Shown: positions 1 through 13,403, numbered from the stretch's first letter. The stretch is DNA of 64,000 nucleotides from Heterodontus francisci (GCF_036365525.1 NC_090393.1:14232201-14296200), one strand, 5' to 3'. The notes: a model not told the origin generated them from the letters alone. Program-made: numbers and translations.

Positions 1-664
1 CAGAAGATTTTATTTATAGTACAACTTAAGAGAATGTTACCTTGAGCAATAAAATCACAAATATGACGATTGCACCAGATTCGTTGGCTCCTTGTCCTGT
101 AAGGATCCGGCCCCTTTCAAAAATGTGACCTACTTTCCTTGTCTCTTTCACCTCAGAAATCTTATTACCTATTCGCCCAGTCAATGAGCTGCTCATTTAG
201 CTCCAAGGGTAAGTGCCAGGCAGTCTACCCCACTTCCCTACGACCCTGCCCCAACCCCTCCCTCCCTTTCTGGAAACAAAACACTATTTAGCATAGTTCG
301 AGAGCTGGGATGTTTACGGAGAAGGGTGGTTGAGGCCAGAACTTTAGGCTCATTGAACAAACAGAATGTTGTAATAGGAAGATGGAAGATTTAGCGGGTA
401 GATTTTGAACTCTCCAACCAGTCATGCAAACATACAAAATTAATGAAAAGACCAGCTGGCTCATCAGCCGCCCATTTTGTTGATAACAAAGGCATGTGTG
501 TTTTTATAACGGACAGCCATTCTTTCGGGCCAGTTTTATGCCAGGGAGGTAGGTTGACAATCTGTCCCTTGATATTCTTGAAGGGTAGGTTCAAAACAGC
601 CAAAGGGCCTTCATTACCTGATTTCTTTTTGTTACAATTTTAAATCTAATATTAAGAGTCTACT

Positions 665-1085
665 TTTTTTTATTTGTTCTTGGGACGTGAGCATCGCTGG
701 CAAGGCTAATTGCCCTTGAGAAGATGGTGGTGAGCTGCCTTTTTGAACAGCTGCAGTCCATCTGGGGTAGGTACACCCACAGTGCTGTTAGGAAGGGAGT
801 TCCAGGATTTTGACCTACCAACAGTGAACAATCGGCGATATAGTTCCAGGCCAGGATGGTGTGTGGCTTGTTGGGGAACTTGCAGGTGATGATATTCCCA
901 TGCATCCCATACCCTTGTCCTTCTAGGTGATAGAGGTTGTGGGTTTGGGACGTTGCTGCAGTGCATCTTGTAGATGGTACACACTGCTGCCACTGTGCGT
1001 CAGTGGTGGAGGGAGTGAATGTTTAGGTGATGGATGAGGTGCCAATGAAGTGGCCTGCTTTGTCCACGTTGAGCTTCTTGAATGT
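665..1085 (-). mobile_element. CR1-clade LINE 3' fragment
   Basis: Reverse complement of the 3' part of the element at 56699-57783 (AVCTIYKMHCSN, KSWNSLPNSTVGVPTP motifs). Confidence 0.8.
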
Positions 1086-1164
1086 TGAGGGTCCTGCTAC
1101 TCATGGACCTCCATGTTATTGCTCATAGTGTGTTGAAAGATACTGCTGGAGCTTGTGTTTTTTT

Positions 1165-1520
1165 ATATCTTTTTTTCTGTGGGATGTGGGCATCCTTGAG
1201 CTGAGTGGCTTGCTAGGCCATTTCAGAGGACATTTTAAGAGTCAACCACATTGCTGTGGGTCTGAAGTCACATGTAGGCCAGACCAGGTAAGGACAGCAG
1301 ATTTCCTTCCCTAAAGGACATCAGTGAATCAGATGGGTTTTTACAACAATTGGCAATGGTTTGGTTTCATGGTTATTGGCAATGGTTTCATGGTTACCAT
1401 TAGACTAGCTTCTAATTCCAGATTTATTAATTGAATTCAAATTTCACCATCTGCCATGGTGGGATTCGAACCCTTGTCCCCAGAGCATTAGCCTGGGCTC
1501 TGGATTACTAGCCTAGTCAC
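1165..1520 (-). mobile_element. tRNA-derived SINE
   Basis: Minus strand begins GGCGGTGGTGTAGTGGTAATG (A box) ... GGGTTCGAATCCC (B box), followed by a non-tRNA body. Confidence 0.7.
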
Positions 1521-2622
1521 ATTACCACTACACCACCGCCTACCCTGTAAGAGATGAGAGAGATTTGGTGAGAGCCACTGAAGCAATTGGATAAAGGTGG
1601 AGCATTTTTTTTGATTGGTTCCAAATTGGAGCCAATTGATAAGTGGCAAGATATTTTTGATTGGTTCCTGAGAAATTTGAGCCAATCACAAAAGCAGACT
1701 AGAATTTTGTTCTGAGTTACAGACACATTTAAAATGCAACACACATTATACAAAAAGCTTTGGAAAGGTTAGCAAACCTACAGCAGTTCTACTCCTGCTA
1801 CGTCAGAGGATATGCTGTTTTATAAGAGGAACACTATCTAATGCAAAACACAATTTTAGCACTCTTGTGCTAAAATGTAGTTGTGTGTTCCTTTAAGGCT
1901 ACAAAGTACAAAGTAAACACTGGGTGAGTTCTTGCAGAGGTCAATTAAGTAATGGGTGATCCTGGAGCGCTCTTTTGCATCTCTTTGAATTATGATACAA
2001 ACATAATCCCTGAAGCTACATAGGCTCATATGACAAATATTGGACAATTTTCATACAGTATACACGGACCCATTAAATCTGTGTTTACTGAATAGTTCTC
2101 ACAGCAAGTGGTGATATTACAAGCACGTATCTCCTTTTAATATACATCTAATGGGATAGAGTTGTTTCTACAAAGTGTTTTCTTTGCTTTCTCAATCTTT
2201 CCCCTACTATACCGGATAACAGGACGGGGGAAAGAGAGAGAAGTTGACTCAATTGAATCAAATGGGGAAAAATAATTCAGTGCTGTAGGGAAGATTTGGG
2301 CCCTGAAGTGACACTTTTGGGATGCTTGTGTATGAGTGTTTATCTGATAATCTTTGCTCTGCTATTTTAGTGGAGGTGCTATCCTATATACTTCAAATGA
2401 ATTAACGTCTCTTTTTCCTTTAATTTGGCAGACAAACTAACGCTAGCAGATGTTGTAAAAGCTCATGGGTGAAACAAGAAAGATGCAGCACATGTCTACA
2501 ACCTGTGTGCCAGCAACCTGGTGAAAATGCTGTGGTGCAGGTCTAACTGGCTGCCCTTGGAATAACATCGATGATTGGAAGCGGGGAATCCTCCATCGAA
2601 GAGTGTCTGGCCAAGCTCGCTA

Positions 2623-2816
2623 CTATCTACTCACTTCTTCTCCAGTGACTTCCGCCACGCCCATGGTGTCCTGGGGGTCAGGCTGTACGGTTTGGACCGT
2701 TTCCACCAAGCTGCCGCTAGGAAGGACGACATACCGGGCGACGACATTCCGCGGTTTCGGCTCCTTCAGGTTCTCCTTGCTGTGCCAGATCCCGTAACCG
2801 AAATAGATAACAAAAC
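2623..2816 (-). CDS. SLC7A4: SLC7A4 last coding exon
   Basis: Acceptor ...TCCATTGAAAG|GT TTT GTT ATC. Encodes (G)FVIYFGYGIWHSKENLKEPK...YVVLPSGSLVETVQ...VSR*, a typical CAT-family C-terminus (YFGYGIWHS). Phase 1 matches the previous exon. Confidence 0.93.
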
Positions 2817-3724
2817 CTTTCAATGGACGAAAGAGTGTTAGAAGCTTCCAAAGTCACCACATTTACCAAGACTGATAGTTCTCAACAACAACATTTTGCA
2901 TTTATAGAGCGCCTTTAATGTAGTAAAACATTCCACTACATTTCACAGAAATGGTATCAGACAAAATTTGACCCCAAGCCACATAAGGCGATATTAGGGC
3001 AGCACCTAAGATTTGTCCAGTGTTGCCGGATTCTCTCCCCTCATAGCACTAGTATGTGGTATTGATTGTATGATAGCAATCTGATTTGTAATTTATTGTC
3101 ATATGCTTAAATCTCTGTAAGCTTACACTTATCCTGGCAGAATATTTGTGATAACCTCTCCATCATACAATACACCTTTTCCACCCCATCCCTCCCCTTG
3201 CCCACCCTCCCCTTCTCCCCAGCTACTCCCGTCCTCTCCAGGAGGTGATAATTCTGGGTATGGTACACAGTCCCACAAATATAAGCAGGCCAAGTGTCTA
3301 TTCTCCCCGTGTGAGCCTAGCCGGTGGACTGTTGTTAGGCAAGTTGATAGGATATAGGTGCATCCAGGCCAAGCATGATCCGGTCTTTGTACACCTTTTC
3401 CAAGCATGCACTTTCTAGGGGTTAATGATCAGAAGTAAGAGCTCAGAATGTTCCCATCCCCCTCCCTAGACCAATGGCACTGAGGCAAATTATAACTCCC
3501 TAGTTGCTGAGATCAGTTAACTCGACACAAAGGCACCTGAGCATTCATCAACTGTGTTATGGTATGGAGCTGTTTGCTATTCTTAGTTACTGTGGTTCCA
3601 CACTTTACATTAAAAAAACAACTTTACTTCTATGGTTTTTTTACAAAGCAGGCCGATCCCTATTGTCACAGGACCAAGCGATGGGTAAAAATTGGGCAAA
3701 AATATGCTTTTCAATCTTAAGAAC

Positions 3725-4098
3725 ATGAGAAATTTGACAGCAAACTGCCTAGAAACTGTACTCCATCTGGACTCTATCATGTTTCCAGTGGAAGAAGAGT
3801 CAGTAACGAGAGGACACAGATTTAAGGTGACTGGCAAAGGAACCAGAGGCAATATGAGGAAAAATTTATTTTACACAGTGAGTTGTAATCTGGAACTCAC
3901 TGCCTGAAAGGGCGATGGAAGCAGATTCAATAGTAACATTCAAAGGAGAATTGGATAAATACTTGAAAAAGATACAGCGCTAGGGGGAAAAGAGCAGGGG
4001 GGTAAAGGGACTAATTGGATAGCTCTTTCAAAGAGCCAGCACAGGCACGATGGGCCAAATGGCCTCTTTCTATGCTGTTTCATTCTATGATTCTATGA
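3725..4098 (+). mobile_element. CR1 LINE 3' fragment
   Basis: TRGHRFKV-type ORF2 C-terminus and (ATTCTATG)n tail. Confidence 0.75.
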
Positions 4099-4734
4099 AT
4101 TTCCTCCCACACCACTGGAAGTGCATATTGCGAAATTGCACATCACTGATCTATGATTTCCCACCTGTTCATTTTAATTTAATTCTGTCCTTACTTCCCC
4201 TGAAAGAAGGAAATTGAGAGTTTGTCATTGGAATATACAAGATGGTCAATAGTATAAAACAACAACAGTTTGCATTTATATAGCACCTTTAACATAGTAA
4301 AATGTCTCAAGACACTTCACAGGAGCAATTATCAAACAAGATTTGACACCAAGCCCCATACAGAGAGATTAGGACAGGTGACCAAAGGCTGGGTCAAAGT
4401 GGTCAAAGAAGTAGGTTTTAAGGAGCATTTTAAAGGAAATGAAGAACTTGGTGGTGCAGTGGGTTTGACACTGGCCTTTCACTTTCTCGGTTCAAATACA
4501 ACACCAGCCTGACAGATGAAAATCTCTTCAGTCAGTTGGTGGTAAGAATGGGTATTCAGTTCTTAATGGCTTTGGGTTTACAGCAAAAAACTGCTTTAAT
4601 TTGGAAGATTTGGCAAGGACACCCAGTCAAGTGAGGGAAATGGAAATTAGCAAAAAATGCCATGCTGCTTCTATATGGTGTGCTCTTCTGGGGCTGAGGC
4701 ACCGGGCTGGTGCAGAGTAGAGGCAGATGTGCTA

Positions 4735-7682
4735 AAGTGCAATTATCATGGGTGATTTTAATCTGCATATAGACTGGACAAATCAAATTGGCAAGAGTAA
4801 CATGGAAGACGAATTTGTAGAGTGCATCAGGGATTGTTTCTGAGAGCACTATGTTGCAAAACCAACCCAGGAGCAGACTATTTTAGATTTGATATTGTGT
4901 AATGAGGTAGGATTAATAAGCGATTTTGTAGTTAAGGATCCTTTGGGGGGAAGCGATCATAACATGGTAGAATCTCAAATTCAGTTTGAGGGTGAGCAAC
5001 TGGGGTCTCAAACCAGTGTCTTCAACTTAAATGAGGGCAATTACAGAGGTATAAAGAAAGAGTTGTTTAAAGCGGGCTGGGAAAATAGACTACAGGAAAA
5101 GTCAGTAGATGAGCAGTGGCAGACTTTTAAGCAGATATTTCATAACACTCAGCAAACATTTATTCCAGTCAGAAGGAAGGACTCGATGAGAACAATGAAC
5201 CACCCGTGGATAACAAAGGATGTTAAGGAGAGTATCAAATCAAAAACAAAGGCGTACAAAGCGGCAAAAGAGAGTGGTAGGCCAGAGGATTGGGAATATT
5301 TTAGAAACCAGCAGCGGATGATTAGAAACTAATAAAGAAGGAGAAAATTGATTATGAGAGTAAATTGGCAAGAAATATAAAAACAAACAGTAAGAGCTTT
5401 TACGGGCATATTAAAAGGAAGACAGTAGCTAAAGTAAGTGTGGGAACCTTAGAGGATGAGACTGGGGAATTAATAACAGGGGACAGGGAAATGGCAGATA
5501 ATTTAAACCAATATTTTGCATCGGTCTTCACGGTTAAGGACACTATAAACATCTTAACAATAATAGAGGAGCAAACTGTAAATGGGAGGGAGGAACTTGT
5601 AACAATCTCTATCACGAGTGTAAAGGTCCTGGACAAACTAATGGGACTAAAGGCAGACAAGTCACCAGGACCTGATGGTCTGCATCCAAGGGTTTCAAAA
5701 GAAGTGGCTGAAGAGATAGTGGAGGCATTGGTCATAATATACCAAAACTCACTGGATTCCAGTAGGGTACCAGCGGATTGGAAAACCGCTAGTGTGACGC
5801 CCTGTTCAAGAAAGGAGAGAGACAGAAAGCAGGAAACTATAGATCAGTTAGCTTAACATCTATCACTGGGAAAATGCTAGAGTCCATTATTAAGGAAGAA
5901 ATAGCAGGACATTTAGAAAAACATAATGCAATCAAACAGAGTCAACATGGTTTTATGAAAGGGAAATCATGTTTGACAAATTTGTTAGAGTTCTTTGAGG
6001 AAATAACAAGCAGAGTGGATAAAGGGGAACCAGTAGATGTAGTGTATTTTGGAGGCTTGCTACCCCACCCGAACCCAACGGGACCCGACGACATGTGTCG
6101 GGTTCGGGTCGGGTCGGGCCCATCTTCAGGGTACGACATTTGGGCTTGGGTCAGGTCGGGCCGGACACACACAATAAGTGCTCTGCTGGTAAGTATTGAA
6201 ATTTTAAAAACTTACCTGAGCTAGGAGTCCGGGACGAAACTGAGTCTGCGCAGTGAGCAAGTGACATCATCGCGCATGTACTGCAGCTTCGTGGAGATTC
6301 CGAGTCCAAAGGTAAGTAAAGGGATGGTCGTGTCGGGTCAAGTCGAGTTAGGGCGGGTTCGGATCGTGTCGGGTTCGGGGCAAAATCGGAGGGGCTCGGG
6401 CTGGGTCGGGCTCGGGTCCGCAGTGGTTCGGTCGGGTTCGGGTCGGGTTCTTTTTTCCCGACCTGAGCAGGCCTCTAGTGTATTTGGATTTTCAGAAGGC
6501 ATTCGATAAGGTGCAATATAAAAGGTTATTGCACAAAATAAGAGCTCAGGGTATTAGGGGTAATGTGTTGGCATGAATTGAGGGTTGGCTAACACACAGA
6601 AGGCAGAGAGTTGGGATTAATGAGTCTTTTTCAGGTTGGAAAGCCGTAACTAGTGGGGTACCACAAGTATCGGTCCTAGGGCCTCAATTATTTCTTATCT
6701 ATATTAATGACTTGGGGGAAGGGACAGAGTGTAGTGTATCCAAATTTGCTGACGATACAAAAATAGGTGGGAAGGCATGTTGTGATGAGAACACAAAGAA
6801 TCTGCAAAGGGCTATAGATAGGTTAAGTGAGTGGGCAAAAACTTGGCAGATGGAGTTCAATGTGGGAAAGTGTGGGGTAATCCACTTTGGTAGGAAGAAT
6901 AAAAAGGCAGATTATTATTTAGATGGAGAAAGACTACAAAACACTGCAGTACAGAGGGATGAGTGTTCTTGTGCATGAAACACAAAAGGTTAGCATGCAG
7001 GTGCAGCAAGTAATTAGGAAGGCAAATGGAATTTTGGCCTTTAGTGCTAGAGGGTTAGAGTTTAAAAATAGGGAAGTCTTGTTACAACTGTACAGGGTGT
7101 TGGTGAAGCCACACCTAGAGTACTGCATACAGTTTTGGTCTCCTTATTTAAGGAAGGATATACTAGCATTGGAGGCAGTTCAGAAAAGGTTCACTAGGCT
7201 GATTCCTGGCATGAAGGGGTTGTCTTATCAAGAACGGCTAAACAGGTTAGGCCTTTATTCATTGGAGTTTAGAAGAATGAGAGGTGATCTCATTGAAACA
7301 TATAAGATTCTAAGGGGGCTTGACAGGGTAAATGTTGAGAATATGTTTCCACTGGTGGGGGATTCTCGAACTAGGGGACGTAGTTACAGAATAAGGGGGC
7401 ACACATTTAAAACTGAGATGCGAAGGAATTTCTTCTCTCAGAGGATGGCAAATCTCTGGAATTCTCTACCTCAGACAGTTGTGGAGGCTAGGTCACTAAA
7501 TGTATTTAAGGAGGAGATAGATAGATTTTTGAAATCTCGGGGAGTCGAGGGTTAGGCGGAGCAGGCCCGAAAGAGGAGTTGTGGCCTGGGACCGATCAGC
7601 CATGATCTTATTGAATGGTGGGACAGGCTTGAGGGGCTGAATGGCCTACTGCTGCTCCTATTTCTTATGTTCTTATGTTCTT
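4735..7682 (+). mobile_element. 5'-truncated CR1 LINE, ORF2 (APE end + RT) with frameshifts, interrupted by a MITE
   Basis: ORFs 4889-7555: LGGSDHN, KSPGPDGLHPR, QHGFMKGKSCLTNL, KFADDTK, TRGRSYRI; tail (TTCTTATG)n at about 7660-7680. Confidence 0.92.
6050..6477. mobile_element. Non-autonomous hAT-like DNA transposon (MITE), 428 bp
   Basis: 8-bp TSD GTGTATTT at 6042-6049 and 6478-6485; imperfect TIRs TGGAGGCTTGCT / AGCAGGCCTCTA; dense subterminal CGGGT/ACCCG repeats. Removing it restores the CR1 frame VDVVYLDFQKAFDKV. Confidence 0.85.
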
Positions 7683-8084
7683 TGTGCTGACAGTGGGGAT
7701 CTGGAATGGAAATTCTTCCATTCCCCAGTTTGATGATCATCAAAAGTAGGTAAATCTGGAACACTCCTTCGAACTAACCTATGACAGGAGGACAAGATGC
7801 ACAGGATCAAACTAATAAAGAGAAATGTTAGGACCGATGCCAGGAAAATCTTCACACAAATTATGATCAATGCAAGAGATAGAATTCTGAGTTTAATACA
7901 ATGAGCTTAAACCCTGAAACCATTTAAGAACCAGCTGGATACTGGATTGAATGAACTATAGGGTCTTTTTGCACGGAAGATCTAAAAATGAGCCAAATAA
8001 CCTTCTGTACTTAACATGTGAGTAATAAAGTTAAAAATCCCGGTGAGGGGAGAATACCTAGAGCTACAGAGAATCATACAGCAC

Positions 8085-8780
8085 AGAGGGGACCACACTT
8101 TAGGAAGGATGTGAAGGCATTAAAGTGGATGCAGAAAAGATTTAGGAGAATGGCTCTAGGGATGACAGACTTCAGTTACGTGGATAGATTGGAGAAACTG
8201 GGGCTGTTCTCCTTAGAGCAGAGAAGGTTGAGAGGAGATTTGACAGAGATATTTGAAATCATGAGGGGTGTGAACAGAGTGGATCGGGAGAAACTGTACC
8301 AGAGGACACTGATTTAAGATGAATGGCAAAAGAACCGTGAGGAAAAACTGTTTTACGCCAGAAGTGGTTAGGATCTGGAATGCACTGCCAGAGAGTGTGG
8401 TGGAGACAGATTCAATCCTGCTTTTCGAAAGGATATTCGACAATTATCTGAAGGGAAAAAATTTGCAGGGCTACGGGGGAAATGCGAGGAGTGGGACTAG
8501 CTGAGGGCTCTTGCAGAGAGCCGGCACGGACATGACTGGCTGAATGGCCTCTTCCTATGCCATTCTATAATTCTAGAATTCTATTAGAGGGAGGCCATTT
8601 GGTCCATCATGTCTATGCTGGCTCTCTGAAAGCTATCAATTGGCCCCATTCGTCTGCTCTTTCCCCAGAGCCCTGCAATTTTTTTTCCCTTTTTATATTT
8701 ATCTAATTCCCTTTTGAAAGTTACTACTGAATCTGCTTCCACTGTTCTTTCAGGCAGCACATTCCAGATCACAACAACTA
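8085..8780. mobile_element. Two CR1 3' fragments tail-to-tail (+ 8085-8580; - 8585-8780)
   Basis: LGLFSLEQRRLRGDL and WNALPE motifs on + and WNVLPE on -. Confidence 0.75.
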
Positions 8781-9042
8781 ATACTGTAAAGAAATTTCAT
8801 GCAATTTTACATGAGGTGACAGCTCTTATATTGCTACTGCATTTCTCATGATGGATTACCAGTAACTTTGTGATAATCCCTTGCCAACATGGAGAGTTGG
8901 ATAGGAGATAGGGCTGTGGAAACTATAGCCCAGATTCCCCAACCAATGACCACCAATACCAGGTCAACACGCCATCATGGAAACCTGGTATTGGCGAATA
9001 CTTGACATGTAGAAATAAGTTTTAAAAGAAAAGTTGTCATAC

Positions 9043-9151
9043 CTACAGCCATCCAAACTGCAAATCTCACCCAAGTCAGTAAACTCAGCTTTAACATCAG
9101 GTGCACATTCAGTAAAATACTGATAGCAGGAACCAAGGGCACCAGAGGAAC
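9043..9151 (-). CDS. SLC7A4: SLC7A4 third coding exon (109 nt; this frame is not in the ORF track)
   Basis: TTTCTGCAG|GTT CCT ... GCT GTA G|GTATGA. Translates [36 protein letters not shown](G), the conserved CAT C-terminal TM hairpin. Confidence 0.93.
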
Positions 9152-9370
9152 CTGCAGAAAGAAAATTAGTAAGGATCTGATCAGTGATACAACTCATCTT
9201 CAATTTTATCAAAAAATTATAGTATCATCCCCAATCATTTACCAACTGATTGGTAAAACCACAAGCCAGATAAACCAGATGGTTGTAGTCCTCAATCCCA
9301 GTTTGCACTTTAGCTGATCTCAGTTTTGGAGGCGGTAATGTCATTACAATTGGCCTCAGTGCCCTTGAGG

Positions 9371-10030
9371 GGGATCAGCTGTGGCTCAGTGCGTAACACT
9401 CTCACCTCTGAGTCAGAAAGCTGAGAGATGAAGTCCCAATCTGGAGACTGGAGCACAAAACCCAGACTCAGCATTGATATGGACTTTGCACAATCGGAGG
9501 TGGCATTTTTCAGATGAGATGTTAAAACCGAGGTTTTGTCTGCCCTCTTGGGTAGATGTTAGAAATCCCTTGCAATATTTCAAAGTAAGCAGGGGAGATC
9601 CCCCAGAGTCCTGGCCAATATTTATCCATTAACCGTCATCATTAATACAGATTCAATACAGGTCATTGTCACATTTCTGTTTGTGGGACCTTGCTGTGTT
9701 TTTTAAAATTCATTCATGGGGATGTGAGCATCACTGGCAAGGCCAGCATTTACTGCCCAACCCTAACAGCCCTTGTGAAAGTGATGGTGAGCCGTTACCT
9801 TGAACTGCTGCCGTCCATGTAATGTAGGTAGACACACAGTGCTGTCAGAGAGGGAGTCCAGGTTTTTGACCCAGCGACAGAGAATAAATGGTGAGATAGT
9901 ACACAATTTGGCTGCTGTATTTCCTACAGTGCAACTGCACCTATACTTCTAAAGTACTTAATTGGCTGTAAAGCCCTATAGGATGTCCTAAGGTTGTGGA
10001 AGGTGCTGCACAAATGCAAGTCTTTCTTTT
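9371..10030 (+). mobile_element. DeuSINE/SacSINE-like SINE containing an inserted CR1 3' fragment (~9700-9900, minus)
   Basis: tRNA-like head CAGCTGTGGCTCAGTG..TCTGAGTCAGAA; Deu-like core GAGATGTTAAAACCGAGG; L2-like tail AAATGCAAGTCTTTCTTT. Related copies at ~45700-46490, 55890-56250 and 59335-59730. Confidence 0.65.
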
Positions 10031-11252
10031 ACTTTCTGGGCTAGGAAGGTGGAAAATGGCCAATAGTGTCTGGGTGCAATCCAATGTCTCTAGGAGGAAA
10101 GTGCTGGTGGGTGAACATCAGGTGACAGCAGGTTTGTGCTTAGCTGTGTGCATAGTCCTTGTATAGTCAAATAACCTGCCCACAGTCATCCAGTCATTGG
10201 CTGCAGCCTGGAGAATAGCTACTCATGTCAGATGGCAGAGTGTGACTGTCGCACATGTAACCTAACCCCAGCATTCAGGGAAGGAAAGGAGAAAACTGGT
10301 AAGGAGAGGGGTGGGGAAATAAGTTACTCCTACATAACTGAATTTTACAAAAGGGGATGGGCCACTTCTTGTTAAGGATCTAAAAGATTTTAACACTTGT
10401 GAAACAGGTGCACTCAAACATGGGGCATGGCAGTTGAGGACAATGAAGATTGATGCTGACTGCATTAACCCAAAGTGATGTGGCATTCATGGAACAGACA
10501 CTGGTTTTGCTATTGCAATTTGTTTTAGCTCACAAAGACAATCTTAACAAACATTGCAAATTGAAAAAAGAAAAAAGGAAAATATTCAACAATAAACAGC
10601 TAAGGCATTAATTTAAAAAAATATTTGTTTTAACAGAAGAAAAATTTTACACTTGTCATAATGATATAGAACTGAAAAATATTTCCATCTCAACATTCTG
10701 TGTAGGGCGCATTGATGGCACAATTAAGCATTCTTGAACCCTGGTTTAACACACTTCAGGATTGGAAAGCAATGGCACAGTTAGGCACAGGAGCTATCTC
10801 GTGTTTCCTCGAGCTGTTTTGGGTTAGGCCACACTTCCTGTGCGATTGGGGGCCCAATGAGGTTGTACTTACATTGCTGGTCTGGCATCAATCAATTCCT
10901 TCCCCATCAGGGGTGTGAGAGATGGCATGTGTGGGCCTTCAAAAAGATGCTAAGGCTGCCTGGCAGTTTAGCAGTTCTAAGAAGAGAATGTATATCATGT
11001 GATGCAATGGACAGCTGTCCCACATGTGCTTCATCCACATGTTAGTAGGGTGTTGTCATTGTGGGGCGTGCATCTTCTTGCTGCCAGCAGTGAGCTGTAA
11101 CACTCTTTGCATCTCAAGCAAGACCAACACACTTCGGTGATGCACAGAATGCATGACATTAACTTGGGGACAGAATTAAATCTTTTACTCATGCCTGCCC
11201 TTTACAATCTCTCAACAAGACTTTTAATGTAGCGACTTTATTGTACAAATAT

Positions 11253-11951
11253 GGGCCTGAATTTTATGTAGTCAGCAGGGGTTCTGCCGCTGGGGCCGAA
11301 AGGGGGGGGGAGCGAACCCACTGCTGGGTCAGTGGGATCTGGGGCCACATCTCGTCCGTGGCAGCCAATTAGGTGGCTGCCGCTGGGGCTACCATCCCTA
11401 TTAAGGATGGCAGCCCGCCCCCAAGAGCTGCCGGCCAATCAGAAGGCCAGCAGTTCAGCAGCGCCACCTAACGGTGGCCACTGCTAGGGCTACACCTGCA
11501 AGATGAGGGTGTATTGATGCGGCTGTCAGACAGGCCGAGGCAAGGGACAGGGGGTAGTCGCTGAGGGCAGGTGGCGTCATTGCTGCGGGGGTGGGCATTG
11601 CTGCCGGGAGCTCCTCTGTGGGCCAAAGTGTGCCTGAAAAGCACGGATTCCACCCTCACCCCCAGCCCAAGCAACCCACAGGGAGGCCACCAGGATTTAC
11701 CTAACGGCCTTCCCACGCGGCAGAGTGTCTCCCAAGTACCGGTAAAATGCCAGTGGAGGCAGGAAAAGTCACTTTATTGGCCAGTTAAGTGGCTCAATTG
11801 GGCTCTGGGTGGGCGGGGCTGTCGGACACCTTTCCCACCACTGGCAAGCTGGTATGTCGGCAGGAAGACAAAGAGCACAACACCTTCCGTACCATTTTGC
11901 CAGCTTTCCTGCCCCCTAGCCCGTCCCCAAATGGCTGGTAAAATCCAGCCC
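11253..11951. mobile_element. GC-rich MITE-like element with terminal inverted repeats (possibly PIF/Harbinger-related)
   Basis: Left GGGCCTGAATTTTA, right TAAAATCCAGCCC; sharp GC contrast with the flanks; no clear TSD. Confidence 0.6.
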
Positions 11952-12829
11952 ATTTTTTCTGCTAATCGGAATACATATTTTATACCTGTACACACGTCTT
12001 GTCCACAAAACTAGCCCTCCTGTTTTCACATTTTTGTTGCACTTTTGTGTCAACTTGCCAGTATAAATTCGTCTCTTTGCATGTCTATTGGAAATTGCCT
12101 CTGTAAACTTATTACCCTCAAATCATTGGTGACACAAGAGCACATTGCTTTTGCATCTCCCAGCTCCTCAGCTCACATTGCAGAAAAACTCTGCTCCAAC
12201 CAACTCCTCTGTTTCCCAAATTGCCTCAGGTTTTACAAATTAACTGCAAATAAAAATTTTTTTTAAAAAGCACTGTGTAAAAATGCATGACATTAACTTG
12301 GGGACAGAATTTAATCTTTTACTTATGCTTACCCTCAAACACCTCTTTAGCTAAAGATGGCTATTAATCTTGGTCCCCAGGATGCAGCACCATAGGTCAG
12401 ACTGCCCTAATTTACCACATCACTGGAATATATTTGCTATTCAAAGAATACTGCAGATGAGGAAAAGATTGGAAGGCTTTAGTGCAGTGCTTCATTCAGT
12501 CGATTTGGTGCAACTGTGGCAAGAAAGAAAAATCAAACATGATGGTTGAGGAAGGTTTGTAGGGGTCAGCAAAAGTATTTTGCAGGCTTGTAAATCTTGG
12601 CTGAGATCTCAGCCAGCCCACCACCAGAATAAAGGTAGTGACACTACCACTGGCATTTTGACAGATCACTGCCAGGGGGATGCCTCAGATGGCACTCTTG
12701 ACAGTGAAGGAAATTAGATGGCAAAGTAGATGGTTGGCTTCCTGCCCTCTCCACACTGTCTAGCCAGGCTTCTAATGTTGGGAAGACAGTACAGAGCTGT
12801 TCCAAGTAAAAAGAACTTCCCAGCATCAT

Positions 12830-13225
12830 AGCATGACACAGCACAGAAGGAGGCCATTTGGCCCATCATGCCCATGCTGGTTCTGTGAAAGAGCTATCCA
12901 ATTAGTCCCGCTCCCTTGCTCTTTCCATACAGCCCTGCAAATGTTTCCTTTTCAAGTATATATCCAATTCCCTTCTGAAAGTTGACTATTGAATCTGCTT
13001 CCACTGTCACTTTCAGACAGTGCATTCCACATCATAACAACTCACTGCGTTAAAAAAAAAATTATCTTCATCTCCCCACTACTTCCTTTACTAATTACTT
13101 TAAAATTTGTGCCCTCTGGTTACTGCCACTGAAAACATTTTCTCCCTATCTACTCTTTCAAAAGTCCTCAAAATTTTGAATAGCTGTATTAGATCTCCCT
13201 TTAACCTCCTCTGCTCTAAGAGGAA
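12830..13225 (-). mobile_element. CR1 3' fragment
   Basis: LEQRRLKGDL...TRGHKF on minus (ORF 13100..13285). Confidence 0.75.
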
Positions 13226-13403
13226 CATCATGCTTTCATCTTGTCTCATCATGCCATCGAAGCTTCTCAAAGCACTTTGCAACATGATTTATTTTCGGAG
13301 TGCAGTGATTATTGTTATGTAGGTGTACAGAAACAGTTCTCTCGTAACTTTAGCACCTGATGTTCTGGATCGGCTCCATTCACATTGTGTGGTGTTTTTA
13401 GCA

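Noticed and set aside
10710-11150. Possible old non-LTR retrotransposon remnant
   Set aside because: Too degenerate to assign a motif or family by eye.
11571-12014. 147-aa ORF in a GC-rich segment
   Set aside because: Lies in a MITE-like element; no recognisable domain or splice context.
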